Notes: a model not told the origin generated them from the sequence alone. A DNA stretch of 64,000 bases from Alphaproteobacteria bacterium (GCA_965216755.1 CBDCGL010000011.1:3840001-3904000); one strand, 5' to 3'. Shown: positions 30,197 to 38,258, numbered from the stretch's first letter. A program made the numbers and translations.

Positions 30197-31693
30197 CTAT
30201 TCGACACGGATCTTCAACCGCGCGTCGACGGCGCCGGCCGGATCGAGACGGCGGTAGATGTTCACGACCTCATCTAGCGTATTGACGGGAACCGGCGTCA
30301 GATCCGCGATTTTCAGGTTCTCAGGCACACTCATGCCGACTTCTTTGTACGAGGCCACGCAGGCAACCTCTTCTTGCGCGCCTGGTTGGTCGAAAACGAT
30401 GTCGTAGAGCGCGACTTCGCTCGGCAGATCGAAGGCTTGGCGACCGACCACATAGGGATCCGGCCGGAATTGGTTCGGATAGATCCGGGCGATCGAACCG
30501 CGCGCATCCTGGTAGTAGCAATAGAGATACGAATCCTGCGAAACGGCGACCCGCATCTTGAGCTTCTGACCGACCTGATAGGTCGGTGACGGACCGTTGG
30601 CCGTCGACAAGTCGATCGACAGCGGCGGCACAATGTTGCTGGCCGCTATAATTTCCGGTTTCGCCGGTTGTACGCCCAACGCCAGGTCTTGAGTCATCAG
30701 CGATTGATACAGATCGAAATCGATGCGCCCATTGGCGATCAACCCGGCATCGGCCTGATAACGCGAGATCGCACCAACGGTGGTGGTATCGAGTTGTCCG
30801 TTTTCCTCGCCGGCGTAATAGCCTTGGCTGGCGAGCGCTTGCTGGGTGAAGCGGATCTGTTCGTCCTGGGTCATCGAGTCAAACCAGTCACGCGCTTGCG
30901 CGATCATTTTCGGGTTGGTGTGCTCGATCTGCAGGCAACGCCAATACGGAACGCGGGTGAGCTTGCCCAACGTTTCGATAGCGGTGAGTTCGATCAACGT
31001 GCGCACCGATTGGGCCATGCCCTCGGCCGCATTGAGCGAAATATTGAAGAAGATACCGGCGTTGCCGATCGTGCCGCCGGCATCGCCACCGGTGCCGGTG
31101 CGGGTTACCGAGATCGAGTTGCTGGCGCCAATGCCCGGCATGATTTGCAACTTGGCCAGTTCGCCAATGTTCATATCCAGGGTAACGACCGAAACAACCT
31201 GGTCCTTGTTGATACCCAGTTCGGCTTGCGGGAACGCAAGTCCGCCACCAGCCGACTCGGCGATGACGCCCTCGTCCAATTGCGTGATGGCGCCGCGGAT
31301 ATAGTAGCGCGGCACGCTGAACTCGTCGGTGAAACCGACCAGGCTGTGCAACTGCAGCACATCCGCTTGGGTGACGTCGAAATCAACAAACGTGAACGCC
31401 TTACTGCGGACCGACATCCGCGAAATTGCGGAAATCAACATGTCCTTTGTGCCGGCACGCACATTGCCTGTCTCGTCGGGAAGACCAGCGCTGGTAATGA
31501 CAATATTGTTGACGCCAAAGGACGCGTACAAATTGTCCATGCATTTCAGCGATTCGCTGAAACTGGTGATATTCCGGACCGCCGTCGATTTAGGCTGTGC
31601 TGCAACCGGCGCTGTCTGCGGATCGGAAAAAGCACATGCCGATGTGGCGGCCGCGACGCACACGGCAATCGCCGATTTGATTGACCGTCTCAT
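30197..31693 (-). CDS. CsgG/HfaB-like lipoprotein fused to peptidoglycan-binding and DUF4384-like domains
   Basis: Lipobox TSAC; SFSESLKCMD..LPDETG..DMLISAIS..YIRGAITQLD; PG-binding motif QQALASQGYY..GQLD..AISRYQ..GLIANG; C-terminal YQVGQKL..YLYCYYQD..IYPN. Confidence 0.8.
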   Translation of the reverse strand: MRRSIKSAIAVCVAAATSACAFSDPQTAPVAAQPKSTAVRNITSFSESLKCMDNLYASFGVNNIVITSAGLPDETGNVRAGTKDMLISAISRMSVRSKAFTFVDFDVTQADVLQLHSLVGFTDEFSVPRYYIRGAITQLDEGVIAESAGGGLAFPQAELGINKDQVVSVVTLDMNIGELAKLQIMPGIGASNSISVTRTGTGGDAGGTIGNAGIFFNISLNAAEGMAQSVRTLIELTAIETLGKLTRVPYWRCLQIEHTNPKMIAQARDWFDSMTQDEQIRFTQQALASQGYYAGEENGQLDTTTVGAISRYQADAGLIANGRIDFDLYQSLMTQDLALGVQPAKPEIIAASNIVPPLSIDLSTANGPSPTYQVGQKLKMRVAVSQDSYLYCYYQDARGSIARIYPNQFRPDPYVVGRQAFDLPSEVALYDIVFDQPGAQEEVACVASYKEVGMSVPENLKIADLTPVPVNTLDEVVNIYRRLDPAGAVDARLKIRVE

Positions 31694-32103
31694 AATTCTA
31701 GACCCTTTCCTGGCCGAGGGGCGGACCGAAAGCCACGCTGCCGGTTGTTGTTCTCCCGCTCGGGCTCCATTGATACCTCGTTCCACAACGACGATCATTT
31801 GGCGTCTTCGCCGGCGCAAACCGGTTCGACGTCGTCGGCACCGACGTTACCACAACAAGGTCGAAGACGCCCATGCAACCGCTGGATCGGACCGGCATGG
31901 CGCAGCCGGTGGGTCAACTGCGCGACGTGCCCGTGCACCCGCCTTCGCCGCGGTCGCCGAATGCCTTCGTCGTTTGCCGCATTCAAGTCAATGCGTTGGT
32001 CGGCGACAACAACGTGACAGGTCGAGGGCAGGGCGGCGCCGCGTCGCGCGGCCCCGATCCCTGCCCCCAATCGTCATCGAGTGACGAGTGGATTTGGCAT
32101 TGC

Positions 32104-32616
32104 TTAGCAAGTGGGGGTGCCGAGCGTGCCGATCTCCATGCAGGTGGTGGTGTGGTTGCCGACAGACACCGCCGCGTTGCGCTTCGCGATCACGGCCTGC
32201 TGCACGACACCGTTGACCTCGATGTCACGCGCCGTGCCGATGTGCTGGCGGCTGTAGGCGTAGTTGCCGTAGGCGACGTTGGCGTTGTCCTTGGCGATCA
32301 CGGCGCGCTGCATCACACCATTGATCTCACCATTCTCGACCGTGCCGATCCGGGTACGGGCGTCGGCGTAGTTGCCAACCGCGACCGTGGCGTTGCCCTC
32401 GGCGATCACCGCATCCTGCAGCACACCATTCACCGTCAGGCCACCCTTCTTGGCGCCACTTTCCTTGCCGAAGTCGTTGTTCGACAGAACGTTCACGACG
32501 GCGGCTTTTTGCTTAACCTTGGTGAAGTCGAAGTTGATGTCGTCAGCCGAAGCGGCCGAAACGGAAACCACGGTCAGAGCCGCAACAGCCGCCGAAATCT
32601 TCAGAAGTGCGTTCAT
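32104..32616 (-). CDS. Secreted 36-aa-repeat protein A1 (putative fibre subunit)
   Basis: Sec signal (..SAASA), three xxNGVxQxAVIAxxNxxVxxGN..IGT repeats, C-terminal Cys pair; RBS GAGG. Confidence 0.88.
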   Translation of the reverse strand: MNALLKISAAVAALTVVSVSAASADDINFDFTKVKQKAAVVNVLSNNDFGKESGAKKGGLTVNGVLQDAVIAEGNATVAVGNYADARTRIGTVENGEINGVMQRAVIAKDNANVAYGNYAYSRQHIGTARDIEVNGVVQQAVIAKRNAAVSVGNHTTTCMEIGTLGTPTC

Positions 32617-32702
32617 TGTTGAATCCTCAAATTAGGGTGGGTTTGATCTAGTCGCGTGACGACCGGGTCGTTTGGCTCTAACCGTGTCGCCCGGCCTGCC
32701 TG

Positions 32703-32733
32703 TAAACACGCTGCCCGCGGCACAGAGGGGTGA
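32703..32733 (-). promoter_or_regulatory. ECF-type promoter of A1
   Basis: TCACCCC-N16-CGTGTTTA with upstream A-tract. Confidence 0.75.
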
Positions 32734-32789
32734 TCAGCTTGAATTTTTTTGTTTCATGTCTGTTTGGCGCCGGCGCGAATACTGCGAAA

Positions 32790-32834
32790 AAACAAAAAAA
32801 TAAACCGCCGCAGCATTTTAAGCACTGCGGCGGT
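32790..32834 (-). terminator. Rho-independent terminator after B1
   Basis: ACCGCCGCAG..CTGCGGCGGT stem followed by a long U-tract on the minus strand. Confidence 0.8.
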
Positions 32835-32888
32835 GTCGGATCGTGGGGCATACACGTCGCCAGGTTGGCGACTCCCAAACAGCCAGAA

Positions 32889-33191
32889 TTACCTGCATCC
32901 GCCGGCGCCGACCACGTTGATCACGTTCTTGGCGACGACGATGATCTCACGTGGCGCCTGGCCGTTGCCGGGATCGACATTGCCGATGCTGACATTGCCG
33001 CAGTCGCTGGAACGTTGCTCCAGACGCCGGGCCTCGCCACGCGTCAGGAACGTCTTGGCGAAAGCGCTGTTGACGCGCGACTGTGATCCGGAATCCAAAT
33101 GCGGCCGCTGATTGAACTCTTTGGCGCTGACGCTGGCTGCGGCCAGGGTCAACGAACCGGCCAACGCGATCACGAAAGCTGTTTTGGTCAT
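32889..33191 (-). CDS. Small secreted Cys-pair protein B1
   Basis: Signal peptide; CGNVSIGNV..PREIIVVAKNVINV..C; paralog of 34029..34337; RBS AGGAG. Confidence 0.85.
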   Translation of the reverse strand: MTKTAFVIALAGSLTLAAASVSAKEFNQRPHLDSGSQSRVNSAFAKTFLTRGEARRLEQRSSDCGNVSIGNVDPGNGQAPREIIVVAKNVINVVGAGGCR

Positions 33192-33281
33192 TGGTGATCT
33201 CCTATGTCCCGGTGAAAGGCTTTGGCGGAACCCGGGACTTTGCCGCGGGTTCCGCCGTGTAAGCGGTGGATTTGGCGTTGC

Positions 33282-33794
33282 TTAGCAGGTGGGGGTGCCG
33301 AGCGTGCCGATTTCCATGCAAGCGGTGGTGTGGTTACCGACGGAAACGACCGCGTTGTCCTTGGCGATCACGGCCTGCTGGACGACACCGTTGATCTCGA
33401 AGTCACGCGCCGTGCCGATGTGCAAGCGGCTGTAGGCATAGTTGCCGGCGGCGACGTTGACGTTGTTCTTGGCGATCACGGCACGTTGCAGAACACCGTT
33501 GACCTCACCGTTCTCGAGCGTACCGATGCGGGTGTAGGCCTCGGCGTAGTTACCGACCGCGACCGTGGCATTGCCTTCGGCGATGACCGCGTCCTGGACC
33601 ACACCGTTGACCGTCAAACCGCCCTTCTTGGCGCCGGTACCGGGGCCGAAGTCGTTGTTCGACAGAACGTTCACGACGGCGGCTTTTTGCTTAACTTTGG
33701 TGAAGTCGAAGTTGATGTCGTCAGCCGAGGCGGCCGAAACGGAAACCACAGTCAAAGCGGCGACGGCGGCGGAAATCTTCAGAAGTGCGTTCAT
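33282..33794 (-). CDS. Secreted 36-aa-repeat protein A2
   Basis: 152/170 aa identical to A1 by manual count. Confidence 0.88.
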   Translation of the reverse strand: MNALLKISAAVAALTVVSVSAASADDINFDFTKVKQKAAVVNVLSNNDFGPGTGAKKGGLTVNGVVQDAVIAEGNATVAVGNYAEAYTRIGTLENGEVNGVLQRAVIAKNNVNVAAGNYAYSRLHIGTARDFEINGVVQQAVIAKDNAVVSVGNHTTACMEIGTLGTPTC

Positions 33795-33881
33795 TGGTCA
33801 AGTCCCCTAAGAAGCGTTGATGTGTTGCTGGTGACGTTGCGTTGTTGGTGATGGCGTGACCGTGTCTTGCCGGTCTGCCCT

Positions 33882-33912
33882 TAAACACGCAGCGCTTCCG
33901 AAAGGGGGGTTA
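33882..33912 (-). promoter_or_regulatory. ECF-type promoter of A2
   Basis: TAACCCC-N16-CGTGTTTA with upstream T-tract. Confidence 0.75.
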
Positions 33913-33950
33913 GGGACGCCAAAAAAATGTCGGGGCACGCCAGTCAATAG

Positions 33951-33975
33951 AAAAAGGCCGCCCGATGGGGCGGCC
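33951..33975 (-). terminator. Rho-independent terminator after B2
   Basis: GGCCGCCC-N4-GGGCGGCC stem plus UUUUU on the minus strand. Confidence 0.8.
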
Positions 33976-34028
33976 CTTGCATCTTCAGTGGCACCAGCCT
34001 ATTTGGCGCCAAACGTCTTGATCACGTT

Positions 34029-34337
34029 CTATTGGCAACCGCCTGGGCCGACCACATTAACAACGTTTTTGGCGACCACAATGATCTCGCGTGGTGCCTG
34101 GCCATTGCCAGGATCGACGTTGCCGATACTGACATTGCCGCAATCACCCGTGCGCTTTTCAAGCCGTCGCACTTCTCCACGTTTTTGAAAGTTCTTCGCC
34201 AAAGCGCTGTTCACGCGCGATTGCGAACCGGAGTCCAGATGCGGCCGTTGGTTAAACTCGCCGGCTTGCGCTGCGCCGGTCAATGCCGTCACGCTGAAGG
34301 CGAAAGCCATGGCGATCAAAGGGGCAGGAAGTCTCAT
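34029..34337 (-). CDS. Small secreted Cys-pair protein B2
   Basis: Mature part 65/77 identical to B1 by manual count; different signal peptide. Confidence 0.85.
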   Translation of the reverse strand: MRLPAPLIAMAFAFSVTALTGAAQAGEFNQRPHLDSGSQSRVNSALAKNFQKRGEVRRLEKRTGDCGNVSIGNVDPGNGQAPREIIVVAKNVVNVVGPGGCQ

Positions 34338-34507
34338 GATCCGTCTCCGTGTCTAAGGACGGTGCCGATAGAGTAACCCGGCCTTGGCGAGAAAACCACG
34401 TCGAAGCCGCGTATATGTCTACCGGCGCCCCCTAACTGGCCAAATAGCAATGCCAATGCCATGCGGTCTTTCAATGCAACACCGCTCGGCGATAGGTCAT
34501 GTGCAGC

Positions 34508-35014
34508 TTATTCACACGTCGGTGTGCCAACCGTGCCAATTTCCATGCAGGCGTCGGTGTTGTTGCCCGAAGAGACCACTGCATTATCCTTGGCAATAAC
34601 CGCTTGCTGAACCACGCCGTTCACTTCTACGTCGCGCATCGTGCCAATATGCAATGTGCTTTCGGCATTGTTGCCGGCCGCGACATTGACATTGTCTTCG
34701 GCGATCACGGCGCGTTGCACGACGCCGTTGATTTCGCCACTCTCAATCGTACCGATGCGTGTATTGGCTTCGGAATTGTTGCCAACCGCGACTGTGGCAT
34801 TGCCGTCAGCGATGACAGCATCCTGCACAACGCCATTGATCTCAACACCACCGGATTTGGCACCCTTGCCGTCGGCGTCGTTGTTTGACAAGACGTTGGT
34901 AACGGCCGCTTTTTGTTTGACCTTATTGATGTCGACTTCTTGTGCGACAGCTGTCGAAAACAACAACACCGCAATTGCACTCGTTGCCATCAGAACTTTA
35001 CCAAAAGCGCTCAT
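34508..35014 (-). CDS. Secreted 36-aa-repeat protein A3 (more divergent paralog)
   Basis: Same KVKQKAAVxNVLSNND leader, three repeats and CMEIGTxGTPTC end; start ATG 35014 (or 35029). Confidence 0.85.
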   Translation of the reverse strand: MSAFGKVLMATSAIAVLLFSTAVAQEVDINKVKQKAAVTNVLSNNDADGKGAKSGGVEINGVVQDAVIADGNATVAVGNNSEANTRIGTIESGEINGVVQRAVIAEDNVNVAAGNNAESTLHIGTMRDVEVNGVVQQAVIAKDNAVVSSGNNTDACMEIGTVGTPTCE

Positions 35015-35205
35015 CTCACGATCCCCCATCGGAATGTTCGGTCAAAAGTACGGAATCTTTCGCTTCGTTCGCCTCCGATGTCTTCCAACAGCAAATACTA
35101 TAGCGTGGCAGTCGAATTTCGCACCTACAATTCGGCTCTGTCGCGAAACATTCATTCTGGGATTTGTCGGCGCGGGCCGACCTATAACCACAGTCGTAGT
35201 ACAAC

Positions 35206-35240
35206 AAAAAGGGGCGCTGTCCCGATTGGTCAGCGCCCCC
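35206..35240 (-). terminator. Rho-independent terminator after the anti-sigma gene
   Basis: GGGGCGCTG..CAGCGCCCC stem plus U-tract on the minus strand. Confidence 0.8.
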
Positions 35241-35263
35241 GCACGACGTCGATTGTTCAGCCT

Positions 35264-36775
35264 CTAGCCCGCGTCGCCTGGCCCGAACTCAAGAAAGATG
35301 TGATCGCTCAACACTTGCGCCTCACCACCCTTTTCCAGCTCGACCAAGGCACGACGCAGATGGGCAAAGTAGCTCTGCGCGTTTTCCACTTCGGGCCGGG
35401 GCTCGGCAAACAAAGGGTGTGACGATGAAATGATCGTGATCATTTCCGTGCCAAACGGTGCCACCACTTCATACGGTTTCGGGCCGTCGCCAATGCGCAT
35501 GGCCTGCCCGCGCGGCACGGCCTGGGTCGGATCCCGTCCGGCCAGCGTCAGATGGCGGACGGACCCGTCGCCCTGAATGAAATCGACATAAACGTAGCTG
35601 TCAAACAGGCTCGTCGCCGTCGCTTCCAAGAGCAAGGTCTCGCCCTCGACATAGCTTAAGGTGTGGGCAACCGGCCGGATCATGGGTGCGGCGCCGACGC
35701 TGGCGTCGGTGACCGTGAAGCGGTGCAGGATTTGCAGCGTCTCGCAAAATGGCCAGTCGCGCACGAGGACCTTGTCCGTATTGACGGCAACCTGTTCGGA
35801 AAGATCCGAGACTTCTCGACGCAGCAACGCGACATCGCTTTTGCGCGAAACATAGCCGGTGATGTTCAGCGCGTCGGCGCCCTCGACATGTGCGCCGAGC
35901 CGGGCGCAATCAAAGTCGTCCATGATCGACGTCAGTTTTTTCAGCGGGAAACCAGCCAAACCGACCGGGCCTTCCAAGGCCCGTGTGCGCGGTTGGCTGA
36001 GCTGTTGATTCTGTTGCGCCAAGCGCGCGTTTTCCTCGGCCAATCCGGCATTCGATTGCGCCAACCCGGCGTTTTCCGCGGCCAACTCGTTATAGTCGGG
36101 TGAAACGCCCAAATGCAGGTATGGGGTCACGCCTTGGCCGACAAACATGCCGATCAGCAAACTGGCGGCCATCGCGAAACCGGCGACCGGCGAATGGACA
36201 ATGCGACCTACCATAGACCGCCGCCGCGGCTGGAACCGCACCACCGTGTCATCGGATGGATCGGTTGCTTCATCGGTTATCTTCGGTGTCGGCGCATCAA
36301 CGGTTTCGACCGACGCGTCCCGGCCCATGTCTTGTCCGACGCCATTCTTGGCGTAAGCCAAGATGGCGTCATCATGGCCGTCCCAGGCAATCGGTTGCTT
36401 GGTCTGTTCATAAAGGCCGTAAATCGCCCGATCGGCTTCCGACATGTCGTCGTCGCCGATAGCGGGGCTCTGGTTCGCGCTGGGTCGGGCATGCACTTCG
36501 CCGCTGCGGGCATACGTCAGAATCGACTCATCCCAGGCATCCCACGGGATCGTGTCGCGGCCGCGGTCATACAATTCCAAAACAACGGCCTCGGCTTCAT
36601 CGACATCGGCGTGACTATCACGCGCCGCGTCCTGGGATTCCTTGGCGAAGCCCAGAATGGCATCGTCAGACTCGTCCCAGTCAATCGGGTCCTGTGTGCT
36701 TTCATAAAGACGCAGGATGACGCGGTCTGCCGCTGTCAAATCCTCGTCGTCGCGTTTTGTTTTGTCCTGTGCCAT
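35264..36775 (-). CDS. Putative membrane anti-sigma factor (triplicated cytoplasmic motif, TM, coiled coil, DUF4384-like C-terminus)
   Basis: Directly downstream of the ECF sigma; VVRFQPRRR then TM with AASL; C-terminal YVEGETL..YVYVDF..APFGTEMI. Confidence 0.7.
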   Translation of the reverse strand: MAQDKTKRDDEDLTAADRVILRLYESTQDPIDWDESDDAILGFAKESQDAARDSHADVDEAEAVVLELYDRGRDTIPWDAWDESILTYARSGEVHARPSANQSPAIGDDDMSEADRAIYGLYEQTKQPIAWDGHDDAILAYAKNGVGQDMGRDASVETVDAPTPKITDEATDPSDDTVVRFQPRRRSMVGRIVHSPVAGFAMAASLLIGMFVGQGVTPYLHLGVSPDYNELAAENAGLAQSNAGLAEENARLAQQNQQLSQPRTRALEGPVGLAGFPLKKLTSIMDDFDCARLGAHVEGADALNITGYVSRKSDVALLRREVSDLSEQVAVNTDKVLVRDWPFCETLQILHRFTVTDASVGAAPMIRPVAHTLSYVEGETLLLEATATSLFDSYVYVDFIQGDGSVRHLTLAGRDPTQAVPRGQAMRIGDGPKPYEVVAPFGTEMITIISSSHPLFAEPRPEVENAQSYFAHLRRALVELEKGGEAQVLSDHIFLEFGPGDAG

Positions 36776-36826
36776 GTCTTGACCATTTAGGAAGCCCGAC
36801 GCAAATCGGACCGTTTCCAATACTTT

Positions 36827-37414
36827 CTATTGCGTGCCCAAGACCTTGTTCTTCAGGTGCTGGCGGGCGTAGCGCAATCGCGTTTTCACCGTTTCTCTAT
36901 TCGTGTTCATGACCTCGGCGATTTCCTCGTAGCTCATGTCACCTTCCAGATGCATCAGAAGCGTGGCCTTTTGCACGTCCGAGAGTTCGTCGATGGCTCT
37001 CATCAGAATTTGGGCCTTTTGCTTGTCGCCGTAGATCTCTTCGGGGTTGGCAATATCGATGTTGAACGTGTCCAGGACTTCTTCATCGCCGACCACGGTC
37101 TCGTCGAAATCTACGGTTTCGTAGTTTTTGTTCTTCCGATACCAGTCAATGAGTTGATTCTTCGCCAGTTTGTACAAGTAGGTCGTGAACTTTGCCTCCG
37201 CTGTGTATTGGCCCGATCGACACGCCCGAACCAGCTTGAACCACGTTTCGTGGGCCAGCTCGTCGCCAACTGCGGGAGATCCGCACTGGCGCGCGAAAAA
37301 GCGCCGTAAGCCTTCTCTTCGTCGGCGGTATACCGCCTCGAAAGCACCATCATCGCCCGACAAGTACTGTTTCATCAGATCTTCGTCGGTCAGAGATATG
37401 TCCGCTACGGTCAT
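36827..37414 (-). CDS. ECF (sigma-70 group 4) RNA polymerase sigma factor
   Basis: DEDLM..GDDGAFE, DELAHETWFKL, FTTYLYKLAKNQLIDWYR (region 2), MSYEEIAEVM..TVKTRLRYAR (region 4). Confidence 0.93.
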   Translation of the reverse strand: MTVADISLTDEDLMKQYLSGDDGAFEAVYRRRREGLRRFFARQCGSPAVGDELAHETWFKLVRACRSGQYTAEAKFTTYLYKLAKNQLIDWYRKNKNYETVDFDETVVGDEEVLDTFNIDIANPEEIYGDKQKAQILMRAIDELSDVQKATLLMHLEGDMSYEEIAEVMNTNRETVKTRLRYARQHLKNKVLGTQ

Positions 37415-37460
37415 CTCCGCGCCTGGCTGTCTAGTGATCAAAACGGCCATTACACTTCCA

Positions 37461-37490
37461 TAACACGCGTGCCGCGGCAAGAAGGGGTGA
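37461..37490 (-). promoter_or_regulatory. Autoregulatory ECF-type promoter of the sigma gene
   Basis: TCACCCC-N16-CGTGTTA, 46 nt upstream of ATG 37414. Confidence 0.75.
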
Positions 37491-37618
37491 CCGTTGGCGA
37501 TGCGTTAACGACAAAAATCCGGCGCGCGATGTCGTTTCGATAATGCATTGATTTTTCTTAAATTTATTTGCAAACCGCAAATTCGCGCCGCCGTCGCGGC
37601 GATTTTTTTGCCGTCCGG

Positions 37619-37648
37619 TGACCCTCATCCATTTCAACCGACGTTTAA
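37619..37648 (+). promoter_or_regulatory. ECF-type promoter of the divergent small ORF
   Basis: TGACCCT-N16-CGTTTAA preceded by a T7 tract. Confidence 0.6.
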
Positions 37649-37727
37649 AGAAGTGCGCGGGCACGGATCGCGCGGTCGGCCGGTCGAAACGCCAGGCCGA
37701 AGACTTAGCGGACAATGGGAGGCAGAA

Positions 37728-37892
37728 ATGGCCAACAATTCAGACTATCAGCGTGCTTTTGCCCGCGAGTTGATTAATTCCATGGGCGTCGACGGCGCTA
37801 TCTATATTGCCCAGCAGCATCATTGGGACGGCGTTTTGGCCCATTGCCTGCGCGCCCAAGCCGAAGACCGCGTTCAGGCCTGCGCCGCCTAG
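37728..37892 (+). CDS. 54-aa hypothetical protein
   Basis: RBS GGGAGG; MANNSDYQRAFARELINSMGVDGAIYIAQQHHWDGVL..; own ECF-type promoter. Confidence 0.7.
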   Translation: MANNSDYQRAFARELINSMGVDGAIYIAQQHHWDGVLAHCLRAQAEDRVQACAA

Positions 37893-38021
37893 TCGGTCCC
37901 CGGCATCACATCACACTGTCGATAAAACGCGCCGCGTCTTGCGGCGCATATTTCTTTTTTGGCCGTCGACAATGTCCGCGGATCACCAAGTGACAGACAA
38001 CCGCATGGGGCGCACATAACT

Positions 38022-38075
38022 CCTGCCGCCCAAATGCGCCCTGCCGCCCAAATGCGCCCCGCCGCCCAAGTGCGC
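38022..38075 (+). repeat. Three tandem 18-bp repeats
   Basis: CCTGCCGCCCAAATGCGC x2 plus CCCGCCGCCCAAGTGCGC. Confidence 0.9.
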
Positions 38076-38116
38076 CTTATGACCGGGTCACACATCACAC
38101 ATTTTTTTGTCGGCAC

Positions 38117-38147
38117 CAACCCCGATCGACGCGCTCTCCCGTGACTA
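38117..38147 (+). promoter_or_regulatory. ECF-type promoter of the OmpA-family gene
   Basis: CAACCCC-N16-CGTGACTA preceded by a T7 tract. Confidence 0.65.
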
Positions 38148-38258
38148 TAGGTGAGACGTGCCCCGGCCCTGGCGGCGGGGCGCCCGTGTAACAGGTTAGA
38201 CAACAGGTTTGGCGGTCGGTCCTTGGTTTGAGAGCCGACACCTTAAAGGGAGCGGATT

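Noticed and set aside
31694-32103. Possible remnant of a third B gene or small ORF (31795..32070) in the 410-bp gap
   Set aside because: No recognisable B motif or RBS; only a GC hairpin after A1
31873-33851. Long plus-strand ORFs (31873..32622, 33222..33851) that are themselves similar to each other
   Set aside because: Antisense shadows of the codon-biased A1/A2 genes; signal peptides, RBSs, promoters and terminators all support the minus strand
34374-34405. TAACCCG..CGTCGAA resembling the ECF motif near B2
   Set aside because: Spacer is 18 nt rather than 16 and it points antisense to B2
32104-35014. Repeats as a CRISPR array or as canonical curli/Fap genes
   Set aside because: Repeats are in-frame, degenerate at third codon positions and have no spacers; no csgA-type 22-aa or FapC GNQQ consensus
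37906-38100. Repeated CACATCACAC (about 37907 and 38091) as CRP/FNR-like sites
   Set aside because: No properly spaced TGTGA-N6-TCACA palindrome; too short to support
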